Shown piece by piece: positions 44,074 to 53,093 of a DNA stretch of 64,000 nt. Position 1 is the first letter of the stretch. Every line of letters starts with the position of its first letter. The stretch is from Desulfurococcales archaeon (GTDB lineage: Archaea; Thermoproteota; Thermoprotei_A; Sulfolobales; NBVN01). The position numbers and the translations under genes were made by a program. The stretch is from positions 6,888 through 70,887 of the forward strand of contig JALVVU010000007.1 of NCBI GenBank assembly GCA_027023255.1. Reading direction: 5' to 3'. The notes under the pieces were generated by a model that searched no databases, had not been told where the DNA came from, and saw only the letters and a program-made list of their open reading frames with translations.

Positions 44074-45474
44074 TTGGCCGATATTTACGTGAGGGGCAAG
44101 TTTGTCATAACCGTGGATAAGGACAGAAAAATTATTAAGGATGGTTGCGTCGCCATCGAAGACGGTCGCATAATAGCGGTCGGTAAGTGTGAGGAGCTTG
44201 ATAAGGACTTCAAGGGCAAGGCGAAGGAGGAGATTAATGCGCCTCGCTCAATAATAATGCCTGGCCTAGTCGACACACACGTGCACTTAGTGCAGGGCAT
44301 GCTCAAGGCCTGCGCAAACTACAAGAGGCTGATTCCTTGGTTAACTAAGTGTGTATGGCCTCTTCAAGGCAACATGACGGCGGATGATGCGTTAGCTGCC
44401 GCCTCCCTCACGATGTTGGAGATGATAAAGACCGGAACGACGACGTTCCTTGAAACAGGGATGGTCGGGAGGTATGGGCCTGACCGCATAATTGAGCGAG
44501 TGCATGACGTGGGGTTAAGGGCGGCGATAGCTAGACACGTAATGGATATGACTGGCTACGCGTTAGAGGAGAACGCACTTCATCCCGGCTTAATAGAGAG
44601 CGGAGAGCAAAGTATGGGAGACACGGAGAGACTCTATAGGAAGTATCACGGGCGGGATGGCAGGATATTCGTTTGGTATGGTCCAAGAACTCCTGGAGCG
44701 GTGAGTGTTGAGCTCTATAGGGAGATATCGGCTAAGGCCAAGGAGCTTGGCACGGGAATAACGATGCACTTAGCTGAGGTTCCTGAGGACGTTGAATACA
44801 TGACGAAGGTCTTCAATAAGAAGCCTGTGGAGTTCGCTCACTGGGTTGGGTTAACTGGACCCAACGTTGTCCTAGTGCACGTCGTGTGGGCGAGTGATGA
44901 GGAAATAGGGCTCCTGGCTAAGACCGGAACACACGTTAGTCATAACCCATCAAGCAACTCCAAGCTCGGTTCCGGCATAGCTAGGGTCGCCGACATGCTG
45001 AAGGCGGGAGTGAACGTCACATTAGGGTGTGATGGCGGGCCAAGTAACGACAATTACGACCTCATAGAGGAAATGAAGATAGCTGCACTGCTACAGCCTG
45101 CAGTGAAGCGCGATGCCGAGGTCATTAGGGCTGAGGACGTAATAGAGATGGCCACCATAAGGGGTGCTCGCGCCCTAGGCCTCGAAAATGAAATAGGGTC
45201 CATAGAGGTAGGCAAGAAGGCTGACATTATCGTCATTAACTATTGGGACCCCAAGCTAATGCCCATGAATGATCCGATCTCACACATAGTGTATGCAGCT
45301 CACGGTGATGACGTTACCGACGTGATAATAGACGGTAAGATAATAATGAGAAATAGGAAGGTGCTCACTATGGATGAGGAGAAGGTTTTAGAGGACGTCC
45401 AGAAACACGCGAGGGAGTTATTCGAGCGCGCGGGAGTTTGTGTCGAACCCAACATTAAGTGGCCCATAGTGTGA
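44074..45474 (+). CDS. Amidohydrolase of the MtaD/SsnA/guanine-deaminase group (nucleoside or nucleobase deaminase)
   Basis: PGLVDTHVHL, HLAEVPEDVEY, VSHNPSSNSKLGSGIA, LGCDGGPSNDNYDL. Confidence 0.8.
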   Translation: MADIYVRGKFVITVDKDRKIIKDGCVAIEDGRIIAVGKCEELDKDFKGKAKEEINAPRSIIMPGLVDTHVHLVQGMLKACANYKRLIPWLTKCVWPLQGNMTADDALAAASLTMLEMIKTGTTTFLETGMVGRYGPDRIIERVHDVGLRAAIARHVMDMTGYALEENALHPGLIESGEQSMGDTERLYRKYHGRDGRIFVWYGPRTPGAVSVELYREISAKAKELGTGITMHLAEVPEDVEYMTKVFNKKPVEFAHWVGLTGPNVVLVHVVWASDEEIGLLAKTGTHVSHNPSSNSKLGSGIARVADMLKAGVNVTLGCDGGPSNDNYDLIEEMKIAALLQPAVKRDAEVIRAEDVIEMATIRGARALGLENEIGSIEVGKKADIIVINYWDPKLMPMNDPISHIVYAAHGDDVTDVIIDGKIIMRNRKVLTMDEEKVLEDVQKHARELFERAGVCVEPNIKWPIV

Positions 45475-45542
45475 CTTAATGAGACCTTCGACATCCGTTA
45501 AATTTTTCTCATTTCAACCCTAATCTCTCGGGGAAATAAATA

Positions 45543-46259
45543 TTGGTAAGTGACTACGTGCGTGAAATAATAGCGAAGAGAATTGCTGGAGACATCGTTA
45601 TGAGTAACGAGCACGGCTCAGCACTTCGTCGCTGGAGGGAGATATTCAACGCCACGCAACAGGAGCTAGCCAGGATAATGGGGATAAGTGCGTCAGTCAT
45701 TAGTGATTACGAGAAAGGGAGGCGCTCCCCAGGGGTTAAGTTCCTTCGTAGGTTCGTTGATGCTTTATTACTCATAGACTCTAAACGGGACTGGGCAACC
45801 GTGAAGCAGCTTGCTAGGTCCCTCAGCATAAATGTTGGTGCGATACTGGATGCTAGAGAACTCAGCATACCGTTAACGCTAGCCGAACTCGTTGACGTTG
45901 TTGAGGGCATTATCGTTAACTCGCACGCCAACCCACGTCTTGAGCTTTACGGTTACACAATAATTGATAGCATCGGAGCTATAGAGACGATGAGTGGTAA
46001 TGAGTTCTGGCAAATAATGGGCACGACCAGTCGAAGAGCATTAGTCTTCACTAAAGTGCACCTAGGGCGTTCACCAATGATAGCCGTGAGAGTTGCGCCG
46101 GTGAAGCCGGCAGCCGTCGTCTTCCACGGTTCTAGGAAGGTGGATCCGCTGGCGATCAGGCTAGCTGATAGGGAGGGTATCCCGTTAATACTGTCGCTTA
46201 AGGAGGACCCCAAGTCGCTGATTAGCGCACTACGAAACGCTACTTCACTGCATCTATGA
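45543..46259 (+). CDS. XRE-type HTH transcriptional regulator with uncharacterised C-terminal domain
   Basis: LRRWREIFNATQQELARIMGISASVISDYEKGRR (HTH_3) followed by ~150 aa that I could not recognise. Confidence 0.7.
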   Translation: MVSDYVREIIAKRIAGDIVMSNEHGSALRRWREIFNATQQELARIMGISASVISDYEKGRRSPGVKFLRRFVDALLLIDSKRDWATVKQLARSLSINVGAILDARELSIPLTLAELVDVVEGIIVNSHANPRLELYGYTIIDSIGAIETMSGNEFWQIMGTTSRRALVFTKVHLGRSPMIAVRVAPVKPAAVVFHGSRKVDPLAIRLADREGIPLILSLKEDPKSLISALRNATSLHL

Positions 46260-46268
46260 CCTTAACCT

Positions 46269-46634
46269 TCACTCACCGGATGTTAGCAGTAGGATTGCCT
46301 GAGCTATGTCACCGTCCGCCTCCTCTAATGCTTTGATGGCTTCATCCCTACTTACGCCGGTTTGCTCCATTACGAAGCGTATATCCTCCTCAGAGAACTT
46401 CACCTCCTTAATCTCAGGCGCCCTCTCAAGTACCTCCTCCTTCCCGCCCATGATCTGGTAGATCTTCTGTCCCTGCGCCTTCATCACGATTACTTGAGGC
46501 GCCCTTATGATTAGCTCTTTATCCTCCAGAGTTATAGTTACCGAGCGCACACCCTCAAGCTCCCTCACGTCAATACCTAACCGCTTCATCGCCCGCTTCA
46601 GATCCCTCGGATTCATCGAGAACATACTCATCAC
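46269..46634 (-). CDS. nac: Nascent polypeptide-associated complex protein (archaeal NAC)
   Basis: NAC domain (LKRAMKRLGIDVRELEGVRSVTITLEDKELIIRAPQVIVMKAQG) plus a C-terminal UBA-like region (VMEQTGVSRDEAIKALEEADGDIAQAILLL). Confidence 0.85.
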   Translation of the reverse strand: MMSMFSMNPRDLKRAMKRLGIDVRELEGVRSVTITLEDKELIIRAPQVIVMKAQGQKIYQIMGGKEEVLERAPEIKEVKFSEEDIRFVMEQTGVSRDEAIKALEEADGDIAQAILLLTSGE

Positions 46635-46680
46635 GACCTCAGTTCAGCTTATTACCTGCCAGAATAAAGGGTTTTCTCAG

Positions 46681-47970
46681 GTGTTAGGAGGGTTGAGTAA
46701 GTTAGAAGTAAGGATCTTGGGAAGCGGTCGTGAGGTAGGTAGGGCGGCCGTAGCCGTTGGTAGGGACGGCCGTTACGTGCTCTTAGATTACGGTGTAAAC
46801 TTTAATGAGAAGGATGAGCCGCAGTTACCACTACACATAAGGCCCGCTGACGTGACAGCTATGGCGGTGACGCACGCACACCTAGACCACATAGGAGCAA
46901 CACCAATGATGTTCACAACCTCCAAGGTGCCGTTAGTAATGACAACCACAACAAAGGAGCTCGGAGAGGTCATGATAAAGGACTTCCTGAAGTTATCTGG
47001 CTACTACCTGCCCTTCGAGGAAATAGACCTTAACACGATGATGGATAATGTAATACTTACTGATTATGGCAGGACACTATGGTTTGAGGACTTCAGTATT
47101 AGGTTAATCAATGCTGGCCATATACCTGGTAGCGCTATGATCTTAGTTGATCTCGATGGGGTTAAGGTGCTGTACACGGGTGACGTTAACACCGTGGACA
47201 CTAGGTTAGTTAAGGGTGCTGACCTTGAGGGAATCACTGCTGACGTGCTGATAATTGAGGGTACCTACGGTAACTCGATACACCCACCGAGGGAGGAGAC
47301 CGAGAAGGAATTCATTGATGCTGTGAGAGAAGTCGTTGACCAAGGAGGTAACGTCCTTGTGCCGGCCTTCAGCTTGGGACGCTCCCAAGAGATACTGGCC
47401 CTGCTTTACGAGAAAATGCCGGACGCCTCGGTGTACTACGACGGCATGATTCGTGTAATAAGCAACATCATCGTGAGTCATCCGGAACACATCAACAGGT
47501 ATGGACTTGTGGCCAAGGCGTTAAGTGAGTTTAGAGCTGTGAGAAACTCTGGGGATAGGCGGAGAATCGTGAAGGGTAAGGGAAACGTCGTGGTGTCGTC
47601 GGCAGGCATGCTTAAGGGTGGACCCGCGCAATACTATATGAAGAAAATCGCTAATGACTCTAAGAACGCAGTATACCTAGTGTCGTACCAGGCGCCGGGA
47701 ACACCTGGTCGTGAACTCCTAGAGACGGGAGTCTTCGGTAATAACGGGGGATTAATGAAGGCTAGGCTAATGTGGTTTGACTTCTCAAGCCATGCCGGGC
47801 AGGACGGGTTACTTAAGCTTGCTAAGCAAGTGAGCGGGCTTAAGAAGATAGTGCTGGTACATAGCGGTGAGGATGTGGGTCAGGAATTTAAGCAGGTGCT
47901 TGAGGACGTTGTTGGCGCTGAGAACGTGTACTTCCCGACCAACGGTGAGGTACTGTCTTTTGATGTGTAA
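46681..47970 (+). CDS. Metallo-beta-lactamase / beta-CASP RNA-metabolising nuclease (aCPSF2-like, no KH domains)
   Basis: LEVRILGSGREVG, VTHAHLDHIGA, and a C-terminal SHAG... histidine. The track ORF from 46507 overlaps nac, so I trimmed it to the in-frame GTG 46681. Confidence 0.8.
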   Translation: MLGGLSKLEVRILGSGREVGRAAVAVGRDGRYVLLDYGVNFNEKDEPQLPLHIRPADVTAMAVTHAHLDHIGATPMMFTTSKVPLVMTTTTKELGEVMIKDFLKLSGYYLPFEEIDLNTMMDNVILTDYGRTLWFEDFSIRLINAGHIPGSAMILVDLDGVKVLYTGDVNTVDTRLVKGADLEGITADVLIIEGTYGNSIHPPREETEKEFIDAVREVVDQGGNVLVPAFSLGRSQEILALLYEKMPDASVYYDGMIRVISNIIVSHPEHINRYGLVAKALSEFRAVRNSGDRRRIVKGKGNVVVSSAGMLKGGPAQYYMKKIANDSKNAVYLVSYQAPGTPGRELLETGVFGNNGGLMKARLMWFDFSSHAGQDGLLKLAKQVSGLKKIVLVHSGEDVGQEFKQVLEDVVGAENVYFPTNGEVLSFDV

Positions 47971-48009
47971 TGCTGGTTAACCCACCATGGTTTCCGGGAA
48001 TGAGTTGTG

Positions 48010-48312
48010 TTAAGTGCATTGAACTTCCTTTAACCTCTCCATTACGTAGTCAGTATCCGCATTCCTGACTAGAATCACTTTTTCACGGCTAGTGAAGCCA
48101 GAAACCATCGATACAGATTTCTTGAGGAGCTTTTTCAGAAACTTCACGAGTTCGTTGTTGGCCTTACCCTTAACGGGCGGGCTTTTCAACCTAATCACTA
48201 TTCCTTCATAGCCGGGTTCTACGCATTGGCTCCTCGAGTTAGGCACCACTGATAACTTAATCAAGATGCCCTCTGAGTCCTTGACCACGAATTCCTCACT
48301 CCTTCCAGGCAT
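48010..48312 (-). CDS. DUF167 / YggU (UPF0235) family protein
   Basis: VVPNSRS...IRLKSPPVKGKANNELVKFLKKLLK...VSGFTSREKVILV. Confidence 0.75.
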   Translation of the reverse strand: MPGRSEEFVVKDSEGILIKLSVVPNSRSQCVEPGYEGIVIRLKSPPVKGKANNELVKFLKKLLKKSVSMVSGFTSREKVILVRNADTDYVMERLKEVQCT

Positions 48313-48377
48313 GATTAGTACGCCACGAGCAGTATTAGTAACTTAGGCACTATTAATTTAAGTGGGAGGGTCGAGAA

Positions 48378-49328
48378 GTGTCTTCCGCTGTGACACTGAG
48401 TGAGTACATCATGAGTGAATTATCGTTAATTCAAAAGGTGGTTAGAGATCAGCTCAAGTTCCTCAAAGAGCTAGAGAGGCCTTCGTTAAGGAGAGGGTTA
48501 GTTACGGGTGCGGGTGACTCCCACGCAGCATCGATTTTCGCGCAACTCGTCAGTAGGCATAGTTTTCTGGCAGTTGACCCCTACGAACTTAGGCTTAAGA
48601 CCCCATTCGTTGGTGAGGGCGACCTAGTAGCAATATCAGTTAAGGGCAGGACGCGGGAGGTCGTTAAGGTTGCGGAGGCGTTACGTGGTAGGGGATGGAG
48701 GGTAATCTCCGTAACAGCTGATGAGGGATCACCCTTAGCTAGGGTCTCGGATGTTGTGATAAAGCTAGTGTATGGCGGTGGTGCCCTACCCGTCGGAATA
48801 GGTAATTTCGCGGCAGTCCTAGCTGCATTATCGTGGTTATTTGAGGGTGACACACAACCTCCAGAGATATGTGAAGTAAAACGTGGGGATCACACACTAC
48901 TTGAGTGCAGGGACGTTGTTACTGTTGGAGAGGACATTGGGGTTGTGTCTGCTTACTTCACATGTTTAAAGCTTCATGAAGTGCTCTGCATGCCATGCAG
49001 GTATTATAGCATCGAGCAGTTCCTCCACGCCATACTTTACTCCTTAAGCCCGTCCTCCCTCGTAATAATCTTCCCAGGGAAGGAGAGGAGGAAGAGCATA
49101 CAGCTAAGTAAGATCTTAGAGACCGCGAACATACCCTACATCTACGTGAACCCGCCCACCACTGACACACACTTGAGCCTAGTCTTAAGCGAGATTATAT
49201 GGGGACTAAGTACTATTATGAACGCTGTTAGGAGAAAGGGGCTTAAAGAGCCTTGCTTCATGAGTAGAAAGGATTTACTAACGCTCTCCACACCTATGAT
49301 CTACGGATGTGAAAGTACCCTTGAGTAG
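48378..49328 (+). CDS. SIS (sugar isomerase) domain protein
   Basis: VTGAGDSHAAS and ISVKGRTREVVKVAEALRGRGWRVISVTADEGSPLARVSDVVIKL follow the SIS phosphosugar-binding pattern. Confidence 0.65.
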   Translation: MSSAVTLSEYIMSELSLIQKVVRDQLKFLKELERPSLRRGLVTGAGDSHAASIFAQLVSRHSFLAVDPYELRLKTPFVGEGDLVAISVKGRTREVVKVAEALRGRGWRVISVTADEGSPLARVSDVVIKLVYGGGALPVGIGNFAAVLAALSWLFEGDTQPPEICEVKRGDHTLLECRDVVTVGEDIGVVSAYFTCLKLHEVLCMPCRYYSIEQFLHAILYSLSPSSLVIIFPGKERRKSIQLSKILETANIPYIYVNPPTTDTHLSLVLSEIIWGLSTIMNAVRRKGLKEPCFMSRKDLLTLSTPMIYGCESTLE

Positions 49329-49614
49329 CTCTAACGTCCTTGCGGAGGTTTTGAACTTACTGTGTTCTAAGGGAGCCATAACTATTGGAGAGATTGTTAG
49401 GAGGGTAGGCGTTCCGCGGAGTACCGCGGTGCAGATCATTCACGTGTTACTAGCGGAGGGAATGATAGTTAAGGCGGGCACGTGTGATGCATGTAGTGGT
49501 TGCCCGCTCAGAGATTTCTGCGGCTCACCACGTTCACACCCTACTGAAGTGTACGTCCTGACGGTTAGGGGGTTAAGGGTCTGCTCACGACATAAGAGTA
49601 AACACCGAGCTTAG
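49309..49614 (+). CDS. FeoC-like winged-helix protein with C-x2-C-x2-C-x5-C cluster motif
   Basis: LAEVLNLLCSKGAITIGEIVRRVGVPRSTAVQIIHVLLAEGMIVK followed by GTCDACSGCPLRDFC. GTG start overlaps the SIS gene by 20 nt. Confidence 0.5.
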   Translation: MKVPLSSSNVLAEVLNLLCSKGAITIGEIVRRVGVPRSTAVQIIHVLLAEGMIVKAGTCDACSGCPLRDFCGSPRSHPTEVYVLTVRGLRVCSRHKSKHRA

Positions 49615-49628
49615 GGAGTAACTCAATG

Positions 49629-49729
49629 TGGTGGGGCCGCGGGGATTTGAACCCCGGACCACGGGGACTTCCGCCGTCCGTGTGGGGTGGACCCGAACCC
49701 CGCATTCTCCCAAGCTAAACTACGGCCCC
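49629..49729 (-). tRNA. tRNA-Pro (anticodon CGG) with ~24-nt intron after position 37; CCA encoded
   Basis: Reverse complement: GGGGCCG-TA-GTTT..GAAT-G-CGGGG-TT-CGG-G-[TCCACCCCACACGGACGGCGGAAG]-T-CCCCG-TGGTC-CGGGG-TTCAAAT-CCCCG-CGGCCCC-A-CCA. The exons are near-identical to tRNA-Pro(UGG) at 15652-15754. Confidence 0.85.
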
Positions 49730-49846
49730 ACCATCTCCGCAGTAACCTCATTACTCTGGGGTTTATTTTTATTTCTGGTTCATCGCCGCGTAAGTGGCGT
49801 AACACACTCCTTTTTAGCGGTGTGAAGACTAGTTACTCCAGAAGAG

Positions 49847-51010
49847 GTGGGTACTGTGGATGCTACAGCGAAGCTTAGGAGGTTCCTGGACAGACTTCAA
49901 TCACCGTTTGTGGGCAGGGAGGAGGAAGCTAAGGTGATAGTGTTAACTCTCCTTTCCCGTGAGCATGCCGTCCTAATAGGTGAGCCAGGGACCGCTAAGT
50001 CTGCCTTAGTTAGGCGAGCTGCTGAGCTTCTCAACGCTAAGTTCTTTAAGTACCTCTTGACGAGGTTTACCGAACCTGCAGAGCTATTCGGTCCTTTAGA
50101 TATAAAGTTACTGGAGGAAGGAAGGTACGTTAGGCTTACTCAGGGTAAGCTTCCGGAAGCTGACATAGCGTTCCTAGATGAAATCTTTAAGGCTAATTCC
50201 GCAATTCTCAATGCGCTTAACTCTCTCCTACAGGAGAGAGTGCTATACGACGGCTTCACGGAGATGGACGTGCCGCTCTGGTCGCTCTTCGGCGCCAGCA
50301 ATGAAGTACCTGACGATCCTGAGGTCGAGGCACTTTACGATAGGTTCACGGTGAGGCACTTCGTAAGGCCTGTACCCGAGGATCTCTGGAGTGACTTACT
50401 GCTTAAGTCATGGGAATTTGAGAGAGCCATGTACTTTAGAGGAGGTCTTGATGGATCAAGCGTGATGAGCATCACTGACTTGAGGGCACTTCATGAGAAA
50501 GTGCTTAACGTGGATCTGGAGCCTATTAAGGGGAAGCTCGTCAAGCTATTCGCGGTTTTCGAGAGTCGAGGCGTGAAGGTCACCGACAGGAGGAAGGGCA
50601 AGTCCTTAAAGCTAATTGCCGCGAACGCAGTCCTCGAAGGCAGAGATTACGCTGATGAGCGTGACCTTATAGTGCTTAAGTACGTGATACCAAGGGATTG
50701 GGACGAGCTTGATAAGGTAAACATGATTCTCTCAGAAGAGTTGAAAACACCTTATAAGTACCTCAAGGAGTTGGAGGAAATCAGAAATAACGTGAGGGAA
50801 GTCATGAACTACGTAATATCACTTCAAGGCGTGAATAGTAGGTACCTAACCTCACGCTTCAAACTAATCCTCAAGGACCTAGAGGTAACTAAGGAGAAGG
50901 TGCGCAGCATGATGAATGAATGTAGCGACGCAAGAGTACGTAAGGTTGCTGAGGACGTGATCACCCTGATAAGTGATGTGGAGAGAGCAATTAGTAGGAG
51001 GATAAAGTAA
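49847..51010 (+). CDS. MoxR-class AAA+ ATPase, RavA-like
   Basis: LIGEPGTAKSALVRRAA (Walker A), TRFTEPAELFGPLDI, IAFLDEIFKANSAILNALNSLLQER (Walker B/sensor). This matches my memory of E. coli RavA. The start may be GTG 49856. Confidence 0.85.
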   Translation: MGTVDATAKLRRFLDRLQSPFVGREEEAKVIVLTLLSREHAVLIGEPGTAKSALVRRAAELLNAKFFKYLLTRFTEPAELFGPLDIKLLEEGRYVRLTQGKLPEADIAFLDEIFKANSAILNALNSLLQERVLYDGFTEMDVPLWSLFGASNEVPDDPEVEALYDRFTVRHFVRPVPEDLWSDLLLKSWEFERAMYFRGGLDGSSVMSITDLRALHEKVLNVDLEPIKGKLVKLFAVFESRGVKVTDRRKGKSLKLIAANAVLEGRDYADERDLIVLKYVIPRDWDELDKVNMILSEELKTPYKYLKELEEIRNNVREVMNYVISLQGVNSRYLTSRFKLILKDLEVTKEKVRSMMNECSDARVRKVAEDVITLISDVERAISRRIK

Positions 51011-51013
51011 GTT

Positions 51014-52291
51014 ATGCCGGCCCTCATCCGCGGGATTAAGCACGACGACCCCGTCGCTATCTATAGAGGTGAGAAGGTTCTCTCAGTCTCCAAGAGGCTA
51101 GGCAGGGTATGTACCGCCCTAGGTAACTTGGACTTCGCTATAGATATGTTCTACGCCCTCTACCTGCCGTACCCCATACTTCTCCCCGCCCAAGATGTTG
51201 CGGGGGAGAGCGAACTCTCGTACCGCATACTGAAATCGATTATGGAGTCAGAGGACTTCCAACACCTGCGGCTTTCAACGATAGCGAACTCCACAATAAG
51301 CACATTGGTTTCAGCTTCATTCATAGATACCTTAAGCAGGGAACTCTCCAAGGAAGGGCTACTGCTTGATAAGGAGCAAGCCGAGGCCAGCGTATCTGAG
51401 CCCTCACTAAATGCTGTGGTGAGGAGGGCATTGAGGCAAGTTGCTAAGGAAGCACATAGTATTAAGAAATTACAGCAATTAGTGGCTTTTGGAACGCAGA
51501 CAGGGACGGGGTCGGTATTTGACCTTGAGGAGCGTGGAGATGACGTAATCAGGCTTGCTAGGAACGCTGACGTGCAGAAGCTTCTTGAGGTGCTCTCCCT
51601 ACTCCCTAAGATAGCTAGGAAAGTTAGGCGTAAGGTCATGCCGTTCAGCAGGGGTGAGCTCAGGGGCTATGACATAGGTAGCGACTTAGAGAGAATAGTC
51701 CCGACAGAACTGGCCTTACCGAAACTCCTCTTCAGGATTAAATATATCGAGTCTAAGCTTCTACTTTACGAGAAATTAATACCGAAGGACATAGGGCCCC
51801 TCTACGTCCTCGTGGATAAGTCCGGCAGCATGGAGGGCAAGAAAATTAGGTGGGCAAAAGCCACCGCCTTAGCCTTACTGATTAAGGCTAGGCGTGAGGG
51901 CAGGGACTTCTTTCTGAGGTTCTTTGATGGAATACCACACGCACTTACGTGCGTCCCTAAGCGCATGAGATCTGACGAAGTAATTGACCTCTTAAAGTAT
52001 CTCTCTAGAGTCAAAAGCGGTGGCGGGACAGACATCACTAAAGCCGTCGCAACAGCGTGTGATGACCTTAGGGGTCCTAAGGTTAGGGGAGTTGCGGACG
52101 TGATACTCATAACTGATGGGGAGGACAACATATCCGACCTCCTTATTACGAGAAAACTTAGGTCTGCTAACGCTAGATTAGTTACGGTAATGGTTATGGG
52201 TGAGAACAGGAGCTTAAAGAACGTCAGTGACTCTTACTTGCGGGTGACCAAGCTAGACGAGGACGATATCCTAAGAGTTGTTGAGGCGTGA
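51014..52291 (+). CDS. von Willebrand factor A (VWA) domain protein, ViaA-like partner of the MoxR ATPase
   Basis: C-terminal VWA with MIDAS motif VLVDKSGSMEG plus GGGTD and ITDGED. It starts 3 nt after the ATPase stop. Confidence 0.8.
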   Translation: MPALIRGIKHDDPVAIYRGEKVLSVSKRLGRVCTALGNLDFAIDMFYALYLPYPILLPAQDVAGESELSYRILKSIMESEDFQHLRLSTIANSTISTLVSASFIDTLSRELSKEGLLLDKEQAEASVSEPSLNAVVRRALRQVAKEAHSIKKLQQLVAFGTQTGTGSVFDLEERGDDVIRLARNADVQKLLEVLSLLPKIARKVRRKVMPFSRGELRGYDIGSDLERIVPTELALPKLLFRIKYIESKLLLYEKLIPKDIGPLYVLVDKSGSMEGKKIRWAKATALALLIKARREGRDFFLRFFDGIPHALTCVPKRMRSDEVIDLLKYLSRVKSGGGTDITKAVATACDDLRGPKVRGVADVILITDGEDNISDLLITRKLRSANARLVTVMVMGENRSLKNVSDSYLRVTKLDEDDILRVVEA

Positions 52292-53060
52292 CGTAAAACG
52301 GTATTCTACCGTTCAGGTAATCACGTATGACAGCCTTAGCGGATTCCTGGATTATGGGTTCCTTGTCCTTCCGGTACACCCATCCCCGCATTAAGGCTAA
52401 CTCACGCAGTATCGTATCGGGGTTAGTGCTTGATATACCGTAGGCTTCCTTGAAGGCGTTTGGACTGTACTTAAGTATCTTTCTTATCAGCTCCACGGCC
52501 ATGGCCACAGGGTTTTCTAGGGAATCAACGGGTTTCTCGCGAATCTTACTTTCGATACCTCCACCCTCCGGAGGCACCAGCCCGGGAGTGTCTATTAGGT
52601 AGACACCCTCACCTATCCTGAAGGTTTGTGCGCGCTTCGTGTATCCAGGGGACCCTGGGTACGGAGACGTAGAGGCTGAGTGCCTCCCCTTCAGCGTGTT
52701 AATCAGTGTTGACTTACCTACCTTCGGGATGCCGAATATGCCGGCAGTGAGGGGCGATTTATTCTTAACAACGCGTTTAAGTACACGCCTAAGTACTAGG
52801 GTACCCATCCTTTTCTGCGCGGATATGAACACTGCCGGGTAACCCTCATCCTCGAAGTACCTTTTCCACTCCTTACTTACGGATATAGGCACTAGGTCAG
52901 CTTTGTTGAGCACTATTATTAAGGGTACACCGGATCTCTCCGCAAGCTTCTCTAACCTTCTGCTTCTCGTGGATATAGGATCCCTAATGTCAACTAACTC
53001 CAACGCAGCATCAACCGTTAGTAGTAGCTCCCTTATCAGCCTCCAGTTAGCTAGCTGCAT
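52224..53060 (-). CDS. Circularly permuted GTPase (YlqF/RbgA/YawG-type ribosome-biogenesis GTPase)
   Basis: G4 LNKADL precedes G1 GIPKVGKSTLIN and G3 DTPG, which is the permuted order. Its 3' end overlaps the convergent VWA gene by 68 nt. Confidence 0.8.
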   Translation of the reverse strand: MQLANWRLIRELLLTVDAALELVDIRDPISTRSRRLEKLAERSGVPLIIVLNKADLVPISVSKEWKRYFEDEGYPAVFISAQKRMGTLVLRRVLKRVVKNKSPLTAGIFGIPKVGKSTLINTLKGRHSASTSPYPGSPGYTKRAQTFRIGEGVYLIDTPGLVPPEGGGIESKIREKPVDSLENPVAMAVELIRKILKYSPNAFKEAYGISSTNPDTILRELALMRGWVYRKDKEPIIQESAKAVIRDYLNGRIPFYVTPQQLLGYRPRLAWSPASKSH

Positions 53061-53093
53061 TACAGTACCCCGTCCATCTTCACTACAACCTTA

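Noticed and set aside
46507-46680. N-terminal 58 codons of the beta-CASP nuclease track ORF
   Set aside because: It overlaps the nac gene on the other strand and adds Ser/Thr-rich sequence before the conserved LEVRILGSG start of the MBL domain. The in-frame GTG 46681 is preferred.
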